A stretch of 64,000 nucleotides of DNA from Mantamonas sphyraenae STR306. Taxonomy: Eukaryota > Protista > CRuMs. The notes below the pieces were generated by a model that saw only the letters and a program-made list of their open reading frames with translations, ran no database searches and was not told where the DNA came from. Each line of letters starts with the position of its first letter. The first letter of the stretch is position 1. Of the stretch, positions 10,838 to 23,545 are shown one piece after another. Both the position numbers and the translations under genes were made by a program. The DNA lies in NCBI GenBank assembly GCA_026936335.1, contig JAPMXV010000051.1, positions 310,001 to 374,000 of the forward strand, given 5' to 3'.

Positions 10838-12646
10838 ATGGGACGAGGTGGCAAGGGCAAGAAGAAAGGCGGACATAACAAGCACAAGAAGGAGGAGAAG
10901 GAACGCAAGGACGAGGAGAAGCGAAAGGCCAAGGCCGAGGATCGCAAGGTCAAAGAGGAGCTTCACAAGGCCAAGGAGGCCAAGAAGAAGGTAATCACAA
11001 CGATGGATGTGTTTCAAGGCTCCTCAGCTGCATGTTGCCGCGCTGTGCAACGCCATGGCCCCCCTCATGCTGCGCGGGTGCTTCTCAGAAACACGCAATT
11101 CCTCACACAAACACGGTTGCCACTTTGCGGACCGGTCCTCGCCCAACGCCCTACCACACGACTCACACGCACACCTCACGCTTGCCTGCTGTTGTAGAGA
11201 GAGATGGATGAGTATTTCGATGGGTTTGGGAAGCAGCTGCGTCCGCTGGGTACGTTGACGTGTTCTTGGGTCCTCCAAGCACTCTATGGAGCCCACGCGT
11301 GGGACACGCCATCACACACCATCCACACTCGCACCCTCATTCATTCACTCACATTCGCTCACTCATTCATTTCCACAGGGCTTGGTGTCAAGGACATCGA
11401 GGGAGACGGAAACTGCCTCTTCCGAGCAGTCGCCGATCAGATGGGCAACGTGCAGAACCACCGAAGCGTGCGCAACACGGCCGTGGAGTTTATGCGGGAC
11501 CACGAAGAGGATTTCGGCGGCTTCATGATCGACACAACATTGGACGCCTACTGCAATCACATGGGCACCAGCGGAGTGTGGGGAGGCAACCTAGAGATTG
11601 TCGCCGTCTCCAAGGCCTACCGAGTCAATGTGGTCATCCATCAGTTTGAACAACCACGTTGGACTGTCAACTACGACGGAGAACCCGAACACCAGGATCT
11701 GCACCTGTCCTACCACGACGGCATGCACTACAGCTCCGTGCGCAACCTGACGGACATCAGCTCGCACGACCTGCCCACTCCCATTGACATCGAGCTGGCC
11801 GAGGCAAGGCTAAAGGAGGCACGTGCGCGAGCAGAGGCTTCGGGCGGTGCATCACGTAACAAGCAGGTTGTGCTTACCGAAGACGAAAAGACAATTGTCG
11901 AAGCCACGGGCTGCAAGAAGCTCAGCCACATCCGCATGGTCCTGTGGGAGTACTACTGGGGCAACGTGCAGGATACCATCGAATACCTCAAGGCAGAACA
12001 AGAGTTTGGCGGCGATGACGGATTCATGGCCACGGGCGAGGAGATCACAGCCGACGTGGTGACCATCGACTCAGGAGCAGGCAGCAGCAGCAGCAATGGC
12101 AACGGCGGAGATGAATCGTCGCGAGAAGATGGAGGCACATCCACGACCACGACCACAAGCACAAGCACAAGCACAAGCACAGGAGACGCAGGCGGCGAGG
12201 ACGAGATGGCGGCCATCCTCGAAGCCATTGCCAAGCAGGAGGCCGGAGAGGACGCAGGCGGCTACTTTGACGACTATGGAAATTGGCACGAGAAGAAAAA
12301 GACCAAGAAGCAGTTGCGGGAGGAGGAGCGCGAGGCACGGCATCTGGAGATGGAGAAGGAGAAGGAGAAAAACCTGGCACACCAACACAACAACCACAAG
12401 CAGGATGAAGTCGACACCGAAGACCAAAGCAGCAGCCGCGGCAAAGACGACGAACCGGACCTGAGCAAGATGACAAACAAGCAGCGCAGGAAGTATCTGC
12501 GGCGCAAGAAGGAGCAAGAGAAGGAACAGAAGAAGAACGACAAGGAGCGACACAAGCGCAAGAAGAAGAAAGACGAAGAAATGCTGCTGAGTGATGACGA
12601 AGAGGACGAGATTCTCAAGAAGAGCATGGGCAGCATTGCGGTGTGA
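10838..12646 (+). CDS. OTU-domain deubiquitinase (OTUD3-like)
   Basis: DGNCLFRA, WGGNLEI, HLSYH..HYSSVR catalytic motifs; introns 10991-11197 and ~11250-11378; Lys/Glu-rich termini. Confidence 0.88.
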
Positions 12647-12709
12647 GCAAAACAAAGCACGTCATTGGTTTTTCTTTTCCTCTGCCGAGGTTGGGGGGCC
12701 CGAGTGTGG

Positions 12710-15700
12710 TCACGTGGCCGATGGTGCCGATGGTTCCGCTTGTGTGACTGGCTGCACGCCCATGCCCGTGTTCTCGTGTACCCTTACGTCATCCTGCTGT
12801 TCTTCCTCCTCCTCCTCGTTTCCTTCTTTTTCATCGTCAAACTCGGTGGTCTCGCTTTCCAGCATGAGCATATCCCAGACGGCGCGTTGGTCCAGTGCCT
12901 GCTCGTTGGCTTCGCAAAAGAGCAGGATGGGCTGGCGCACAGTTGCCCGATGGCTGTGGCGTCCGCCGGAAAAGTGTCGTTTGAGCTCGGAGGCGGCATC
13001 GGTATCCAGCTGCCCGTGTGCATGCAGCTTGTCGATGTACAAGCGGTACACGGAATCAAACACGTCGTCCACAGGGTCCAGTCCGGCTCCCCATGCGTTG
13101 AGCGAGACCAGGTTGATGATGGTGACCGGAAACAGCATGAGCTGCACGGTGATGACACGGAAACGGAAGCCCCAGGTCTGCTGGAGGACATAGTCGATGC
13201 GAAAGACCTCGGGCACAATGAAGGTGTAGCTTGCCTGAACCACAAACAGGAGCAGGATATTGAACACCGAAATGAGCAAGCAATAGTACTTGAACAGAAA
13301 GACGTACTCGAGTCGTTCGTAGCGGACCTCCTGGATGCCCAGGATCACACGAATGTAGACGAGGAAGCGATCCCAGGAGGTGACGGTGGGACGGAAGGGC
13401 TTGAGGAACGGGATGCTGTAGCTGCGCAGCGCAATCACCGACAGGAGAATGGACGGGATGAGCACGTAGCAAAAGTAGATGACGACGCTGGTGGGGAAAT
13501 GCAGATATGTGGAGTCCCAGATGGCGTAGCCGTAGGCCCAGAAGAGAATGAGAAAGACGGCGACAGTGAGGCCCAAGTGGACTCCCATAGCCACCAGGGC
13601 GCTGGCAAAGCAGATCTTGTTGCGCTTTGAGGTTCGGTTGTGGTACTGGCCAGGCTCGTCTGAGGCCGGAGAACCCGCCTTTGTGATGGACACGAGGTCG
13701 CAAAAGGTGTAACGCTGCACAACAAAGAGCAGGGCAAAGACGATTAGGACATTGATGCCGATGGTGGCAAGGACGTTGCGCACGAGCTCGTTCTCAATGA
13801 CACCTGCACGGCGATATTCGTAGGCAGCCTCGAGCTTCTGGATGGTGTCGCGGTAGGCAGCGAGATCTGTGGAGGAGAGGTCGCGATTGATGAGTTCGGA
13901 TTCTGTGGCGTTGGCCTCGCTGAGGGTGGCCCGCAGATAGGCTTTGAGGAAGCCCTGCTTCTGGCGCATCATGTCGCGGTGATGAAGCAGCAGCTGGGAG
14001 GAGTTGAACAGGGCAAAAATGTCGTTTGCCACCACACCTTGGGATTGGCGGGGCACAGGCATGCCCATAAACGCCGAAACGGTGGGTGCGAGATCGACGT
14101 TCTGCAAGGCTTCGCGGAAGCGAGGACCCGTGTAGGCTTTGTCTCGCATGCCGCTGTTCTTGACATAGAACCAGGTGGGCACGGTGAGCACCTCTATGCT
14201 TGCACCTCCGTGGCCGCCTCGCTCGAGCATGCCGTGGTCAGCGGTGAGCACCAGCAGCGTGTCGTTGTCCAGCAGGTCGATAAATTGCTTGAGTTCGACG
14301 GTGCGGTTTGCAACTGCGCGCAAGTATGTGTCCTCCATGTTGTAGGGCGGTTTGGTGCCCGAGACGTGACCTTGAAGGTCGACGTCGCTCCAGTGGGTGA
14401 GGAACAACGAGTATTGGTTTGCAGGCACCGATTGCGAGAGAGCGACACGAGTAACTTCAGATCGCATGCGATCGGCGCTGTCTGCGCTTGGGGCAGTGTC
14501 GGTGAGGGCATACTCAAAGGGAACGGTGCCGTCGCCGTTGAGGAGTGGCAGACGAGAGGTGACGAGACCCGAGAACCAAGGCGAGCAGGTGATGCCACGG
14601 TTGAGCTTGTAGTGTTCTGCAAGGCGGTAGATGTTGTCAAAGTTTGTTTCTGGGATGCCGAGGTTGCCCCAGACGCCGGTGATCTCGGGCTTGACGCCTG
14701 TGACAGTGGTGAGCCAGTTGGGCACACTCATGGTGGGCAGTTGGACAGACATGTTATACTTGCGGCTGTCGCGTGCAAAGAGGTCGCTCTCTACAAGGGA
14801 TAGAAAGTCTTTCTGGGAGGCGCCGTACGCACTGAGGCCGTCGACGACGACAATGAGGGCTTTGCGCGCAGAGGTGCGGTTTGTGCCAAAGTACTTTTCG
14901 ACGTTGGTCCAGTTGTTCATGTCGTCGAGGATGGTGGCCTCAAAGAATTCGCCGTGTGTGCTGATGGTCTTGCGGAACTCGGAGATAAAGTTGCCGATGG
15001 AGAGGAGGAGGATGATGATGGCAAAGACGGAGAAGCGACGTGAGCCCGAGTAGAGGATTTTGTAGAGATTGCGCCTGCTGTTGTGGATTTCAAGGACCTG
15101 CTCGACGTCATCGAGGAGGCGAAGACGCTCCTTGGTTCCGAGCTTGGGCACGACTGACTTGTGAGGAGCGAGGGAGTGGGTGGGGAAGTGCTTGTCCCAT
15201 CTGTAGTTGAGGATGGTGCAAAGAATGATGGCAACGACGCGGAGGACCATGCTCGAATAGGTGACGGCCAAGCGCGTGCGTGTGGGATAGGCCAGATTGG
15301 TGAGATCGAGCATCTGGTGGAGCAAAGGATGCGTAGGTGTGAGTGGCAACCCAGAGGGCTGGAGATAGCTGTATGTGTGCGCATGGGGGAGAGGGAACCA
15401 GTGGGACAACGTACGAGGCCGAACAGATGCAGGAGGCTGAGGCCAGTCCAGCGTGTGGTGCCGGCGTTGGGGAAGGGTCGAAAGACGACCAAGGCAGCTG
15501 CGACAGAGGCTAGGAGGGCAATGATTGCAGAGCTGTCCTGAACAAAGACTATTGTGGCGGCTGTGATGGTCGAATCGTCGGAAGAAACAATGGACTCGGG
15601 TGAAGGGTCGGAGAAGGGAAGAGGGGCAGAGGCAATGTCACACAAGGTCGCGACGGGGCAGGCAGAGACCAAGGCGGGCAAAGGGAGAGGAGAAGGAGTC

Positions 15701-16287
15701 AAGGAGTGGACAACCGAGCGAAAAGGAAATTGTTGGGCGGGAAACGGTTACCGCGAGGGACAAACGGCCGCCACGCAGGGAACGAGAAGGGATCAAGGGA
15801 AGGGCAGCATGCGAGCAGACGTGTGTGCGACGTCCATAGAAAAGGATATTTGAATGCTCGCGTGGGATGGCGAGAAGAACGATGCTGAGAGCGACCTGAA
15901 GGGTGAGAACTGAGCGAGTGAGCCAGAAGAAAGGCTTGTTGGCAGCGCTATAAAGTCGGTGTGGCGCTTCATGGTGGCCGAGTTGCGGAGTTTGGCAACA
16001 AAATAGGACGGAAGGCCAGCCTTGAAGAGGTCTGCATGGGGTAGAGGACACAGGGAAAGCGGGTGGAAGGAGTGGGGAGGCGGATTGTTAGCGGACCGGA
16101 GGATTCTCGACGGGCGGGAGGTGCAAGGGCGCCTAAACGCACCGTTGCCTGATTTCAGGCCGTGTGCTTGTACACCCGACGACGTGCTGCTGCTAGCCTC
16201 CCCCGTGAGCTCAAAGCGATTGGAACCAGAGCCGGGGACGACGGAGGAACCTGTGGCCGGAGCAACTTTGCCTGGTCGTCGACTCAT
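12710..16287 (-). CDS. Alkaline-phosphatase-superfamily membrane enzyme (phosphoethanolamine-transferase / PIG-N/O/G-like fold)
   Basis: VVVDGL, PTMSVPNW (nucleophile region), DLQGH, LTADHG..GGHGG, NVDLAPT, with TM helices on both sides. Main exon 15313-12710; 5' exons from ATG 16287 need one frame repair (~15953) and a defective donor (15834). Confidence 0.75.
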
Positions 16288-16431
16288 GATTCGCTTGGGC
16301 GATCAGGGGCAAAGGGAATGGGTGAGAGAATGCCGGAGGAGCACAAAAAGGGAAACGGGGGGAGGAGACGTGGATTGGAAGAATCGTGGGATGAGGATGG
16401 AGCGCGGGTTGGGGCAGGGGAGTTTTGCGAG

Positions 16432-17946
16432 ATGGACTTTGGCAAATCGACGCATGCCAAATGGCTGTTTGGAAGGAGCTCGTTGGCAAACATGCGCGCG
16501 AATGCCAATCGGAGGGCTGGGCTGAAGGCGAGAGCAGGAGCGAACCTGCAGGCGGCGATAGAGCTGACGCCGGTGTCGAAATCAGCAAAGATGCTCGGGG
16601 ATCTGTCGCTGGACAGTGCAGACAAGACGGGCACGAGCCAGCAAGGGTCTACAAAGAGCAAAGGGGAGGACGAGTTTGCGACACCGCAGCCCAAGAGTGC
16701 CATGGTGACGCACACGCCCGCTCAGGCGCTGTCGATGTTGACGGTGGCGCAGGAACAAACGCTGGTGCAACACTACCTGGCCACGCTGTGGGAATTGATA
16801 AGCTCTCTGGGCCTGAGACAGAGCCAGCGCATCCAACTAGAGGCCACTGCGGCCTTGTATATGAAACGGTTCTATGTGCGCAACAGTGTGATGGAGTACG
16901 CGCCGAAACACATCATGTAAGTTGCGCGCGCGAAGAAACCCCTGTGTGCCAGCGCTCGAGAACACATGGGGGATGTTGCAGGGAGGGCAGGCGTGGGAGG
17001 TTGTGAGAGAGTGTTTCGCGGCGTCTAACGTTACCACACGGCGATGGTGCACAGGACGGGCTGTCTGTACCTGGCTGCAAAGATCGAAGAGATCCCGAAA
17101 GACCGAGCGCCGCTGGAGATGTACGAGGTGTGTCGGAAGACCGGCCTGACGCGACAAGAGGTTGAGGCAGCCGAGGTTGCCGTGTTGAAGGGAATCATGT
17201 TCCACACGCACGTGTACCATCCGTACCGCAGCCTGGAAGGGTTGTACGTGCGGATCTGCGCGACGAACGACTCGCTGAATCGAGACACCATGCGCACAGT
17301 GTGCGATAAGGCGGACGAGCTGCTGCGAAGGGTGCTGTTGGGCGACCTGACGCTGATGTACCCGCCTGCGCAGATGGCCATGGCGGCGGTGATGCTTGCT
17401 GACGACCAGCTTGGCGAGGAGGGTTTGGGCAACCTGGAACACTATTTGGCGGTGGCGTACGACAAGGACATGGACGAGCTGGTGGAACTGTACACACGTT
17501 TGTACCAGATCAAGGCGGACATGGAGGCTGTGCTAAGCACGTTTCACTCGTTGACGGAGTACAAACGCTCGCTCAAGGCGGCCGCAGCGACGGCCGAGAA
17601 GCAGCGCAAGAGCATCGAAGCAGCACTCAAGGTGGCACAACAGCATATGAAGAAGGATGAGGACGGCGACAATGGGTTTGACGACGATGACGACGACGAG
17701 ATTGTGGGGACGAGTGCGTTTGCACAAAGCAGTAGCAGCAGCAGTAGCAGTAGCAGCAGCAGCAGCAGCGTTGGAAGCGAGCGAGAAGAGAGAGCGACTC
17801 AAGAGACAGAAGCACGCGGAGGAGCACAGTTGGGCAAGCGAAAGATGCCGGGAGGCGACGAGAGCGGGGAAGACGGCGATGGGGAAGAAGATGTGCGCCT
17901 CAAGCTGGACTTTGAAGATGGAAAGCGGCAAAAGGTGGAAGAGTGA
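16432..17946 (+). CDS. CCNH: Cyclin H
   Basis: MDFGKSTHAKWLF start; ATAALYMKRFYVRNSVMEYAPKHIM|TGCLYLAAKIEE; VYHPYRSLEG; LMYPPAQMAMAA. Intron 16919-17054. Confidence 0.88.
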
Positions 17947-18011
17947 GCGATGCGGGGTGCAGGCGAATGGATTCGAATTTGCAAAACACAACAAGAGTCG
18001 TCGTTGCGGGC

Positions 18012-19857
18012 ATGGCAGCAACGCAAAAAACTGAAATGAGCCGGGTGGACGACGAGGACGCCGACCTGCAAGTGTTGGCGGCGGCGTACGATCCAGAATC
18101 GCCGGTTCCGGTGACGCCGTCACTGCACAGAAAAGCAGAGCTGGAGAGGGAGGCACGGTACCGGGCGGTGGTGGAGGAGGTGGAGGTGGTGGACCTGGAC
18201 ACGCTGCAGCGGCTTGCGTTCCAGGGGATTCCAGAGAAGCAGCGACCGGTGTACTACCAGCTGCTACTGAACCTCCTGCCACTGGAGAAAGAGCTGTGGG
18301 AGGAGTCGTTGACACAGAAGCGGGAGCTGTATGCGTCGTTCCTGGAGGAGACGCTTGTGGACCCGCACGAAATGACCTCGTTCGACGAGGTGGACGACAC
18401 GGGGGGCCTGAAGAAGCTGGAGGCAGTGGACGACGTAGGTTTGGTTTGTGAGGGCGAGTGTGGCGCCAGGGCAAAACGAGCAAGGGTCAAGTGGGACGAT
18501 TGAATCGAAAGGGGGACGGGAAGAACTGACGCGGCGGGTGAGGGCAGCCGTTGAGTACGTCGCACACGTCCAAGTGGAAGAAGCACTTTGACTCGACCGA
18601 TCTGATGCGGGACATCGACAAAGACGTGCGACGCACGCTTCCATCGTACGCGTTCTTCCAGTCTGAGTTTGAGTATGCGGAGGACGGCGTGCGGAAAATG
18701 GACAGCAAGGTGAGGCGGGGCAATGAGGGGGGCCGCGCGTCCCGTGTACACGCAGGCATAGGACCACACACTGCTCACACACACACACTGGTCGCACACA
18801 CGCGCACACTACGATTGATTGCACACACAGGACGATCACTTTATCGAAGTGGATGGGTTCACGGGAGGCGTTAACAAACACTGCAAAGCCTTGCGACGCA
18901 TCCTGTTCACATGGGCGTCGCTGAACCCGGGGATCGGATATGTGCAAGGGATGAACGAATTGGTGGCGCCTCTATACTACATCTTCTACTCCAGCCCACA
19001 CAAAGAGGAATGGCGAGGTAAACGGAGGGGTGGGTGAAGCAGCAGCAGCCAAGAAGACAGGGACTGACACAAGCGTTGACAACACAGATCACGCAGAAGC
19101 AGACGCGTTCTGGTGCTTCAGCACTATCATGAGCGAGGTGAGGGACAACTTTTGCAGGCCATTGGACCAGTCAGAGACGGGCATTGCTGGGTCGATCCAC
19201 AGGATGTGGGGAAGGCTGGGCCAGGTGGACGCAGAGCTTCAGGAGAACCTGAACAGCAAGTCGCTGCTGCCAGAATACTTTGGTTTGCGATGGATGTCAC
19301 TGCTGCTGAGCCAGGAGTTTGAATTGCCGGATGTGCTGAGGATTTGGGATTGTCTGTTTGCGGATCCCGAACGGTTCCGGCTGCTGGACTACCTCTGTGT
19401 GGCGATGGTTGTGTCACAGCGCGAGGCACTGTTGGCTGGCGAGTTTTCGGATAATCTGAAGCTGCTGCAGAGCTTCCCTCCCGTGGACGTGGTGGTGCTG
19501 ATCAAGCGTGCGCTGGCCCTGTTTTCGCTGGACGAGTACGGACGCCCTCTGCCCGAGGATGAGCAAGGGTCAGACACGTCGAGCAGCGATGTGATGGATG
19601 ACTTGGCGCGTGCCTCGTCGTCACCTGTGCGCAAGCTGGGGGCAACGTTTGGCAGGCTGAAGGATCTCGGGCGCAAGCTGTCATCCGACATCAGCAAGAG
19701 CATGGGAGGAGGAGATGGATGGGGAGGGACAGTGGGCGACGATTCAAGGAGTGTTGGAAGCAGTGGCGACGAGGGCGGGTCTGCCTCGCCAGGGACTAGG
19801 AGAACGGCAGGAGATGGCAGGACCAAGGCCATGTCAGGCCAGGTCATGGACGTGTGA
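18012..19857 (+). CDS. TBC-domain Rab-GAP (TBC1D13-like)
   Basis: GIPEKQRPVYYQLLL, IDKDVRRT, NPGIGYVQGMNELVAP, AEADAFWCF, RWMSLLLSQEFELPDVLRIWD; three GT-AG introns. Confidence 0.9.
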
Positions 19858-19982
19858 CGTGAAAATGGACAATGGAGACGAGAAACGGTGTGTTGGACAC
19901 GGTGAATTCGGCAAAGAGTCCAAGAAAGTGTGCGGGACGGTTGCAGCGTCGGCGCCAGCAACACTTTTCGCTTTCGCCCCAC

Positions 19983-21838
<1,856 letters not shown>

Positions 21839-21992
21839 GCGCACACACCTCTTATTGGCTGCTGCCATCAGCAAAGAAATCTCTGGATCGAATGAACCGA
21901 CCCTGATCACCAGTCTCGCCTCTCTCTCTCTCTTCTTGCATGGCACACATGTCTGCTTTCCATGCATGTGAATCTACGTTTTGCTCATTCAG

Positions 21993-22559
21993 GTCATACC
22001 CACCACTGCTGACGTGTTTCCGGCCACAAACGCAATCCAATCGAAGAACCGACAACTTCTCCGAATCTTTCAATCGGCCGAATTCCGCCTCCGGTCGTCA
22101 TCAAAAGCAAAGTGCCGACGGTGCGCCCGCATCACCAACTTCCCACTGAAACTTTTAGCAAGCCCACACGACGTCAATGTCTAGGAGTTTGAGTGCCATG
22201 GATACGCTGTTTGTCCAGGGAGGTCGTCGAATTAGCGGCCGGGAGGCTCCTTCCAAGGGAGAGCTTGTTCTCTTCTGTGGATGGGAATCTCTCCGTGCTG
22301 CCGATCTCGGCGCCTCGCCTGTGTCCTACTATCATGACAACGAGAAAACGCTGAAGATGCACGATGAATCCATCATCTCCCTTTCGTTTCTGGATTGCGA
22401 CGACGACAACATACGTACTGTGGCCTGATCAACCCCGGCGGGTGTATGCTGCTGCCGGATGCCCTGCGCAAGCGTGCTGGATGGCCCAGCGGAGTTCGCT
22501 GTGGAGTCGATTGGACGAATCCGCTGGAAGCTCTCGTGCTCGTTTCTCGGAATCCTTGA
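21993..22559 (+). pseudogene. Possible small hypothetical gene or degenerate coding remnant
   Basis: ORF 22177-22428 can be extended to a TGA at 22559 by one inserted base near 22416, and upstream by a possible intron; no recognisable motif. Confidence 0.2.
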
Positions 22560-22639
22560 AACGGCAGGGCTGCTGAGATGTGACGCCAGCGTCCTGTGTG
22601 TGTGCCTTGCCTTCTCGGTGTGTACTGTGTTTGCATGTG

Positions 22640-23460
22640 TTGTCTGCCCGAGTGCCAATGCAATGCCTCGGGCGGTCATGTGCGCGGGTGCCACCGCAAA
22701 CGGAGTCTCCTCGCATCACCCCAAACATGGACCGTCGCCCTGCCACATCCGCCTGTTTACAGCTACTGGGACAAACCAGAGCCAAACAGCGACCGTGGCA
22801 GCCTGGCAGCGGCATGGCGATGAGATCCGCGGCACCCAAATGCGCACATGTCCACTGGACACACACGTGCAAACACACGCCACACACACCTTGACCACAC
22901 CTTGGCCCGGGCCCCATGGAGGGGCTTGCCTACCGTGGTCGAGACGAGATCAAGCACGCCCAGGCATGGCCCGTCTCCACGAATCTCGTTCCATTGCGAC
23001 TCCACCGCGAGTTCACTCCGCTCCCCATCCAGACACCTCCTTGCCAGCCCCATTCCGCACCTTTGCCCGCCACGCTCTCACCAAACAACTTCCTCTTCAC
23101 TACGACCCGACTGCATGAGGCAGGCCCACTGACGGTACGAACAATGTTGCAATCCAAACCAACCCGCGGAGCCGAGTTCTCCTTGCTTGTCATCGCTCGC
23201 ACCAAAACGAAACAGCACAGTTTGCGACGATCCGACCGAGCAGGGATGCAACCCCCGCACACAACAACGACGACGACCCTACAACACGTCAACCCATGGG
23301 CGAACAGATCATTGAGCACTGTGAACGGCATCACCAGCCCGCAGTGCCCCTTTGCCCAACCACCACAAGAAAGACAAAAAACCAACACAGAAAAACACAA
23401 AAACAACAACCAACAACCGTCAGTGCGCCGCGTGGTTTTCACCGCGTGCCACATCACTCT
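22640..23460 (-). ncRNA. Candidate structured non-coding RNA / fold-back island
   Basis: Largest non-coding stretch in the window; several long hairpins whose imperfect pairs are G-U on the minus strand (22677-22850, ~22910-23030, ~23105-23180, ~23297-23360). Confidence 0.35.
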
Positions 23461-23545
23461 TTTCTGAGAGAGAAAACAACTTTTTCATGCCCTGCCCTTC
23501 CCCAGCCCTTCCCACCTTCTCCCCGGCCCCTTTCTGGGCATTGCT

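Noticed and set aside
22750-22772. GCCTGTTTACAGCTACTGGGA resembling the SRP/Alu domain, and AGAACTCGGCT (~23170) resembling RNase P CR-V
   Set aside because: No SRP helix-8 motif or matching CR-I partner found; short chance matches.
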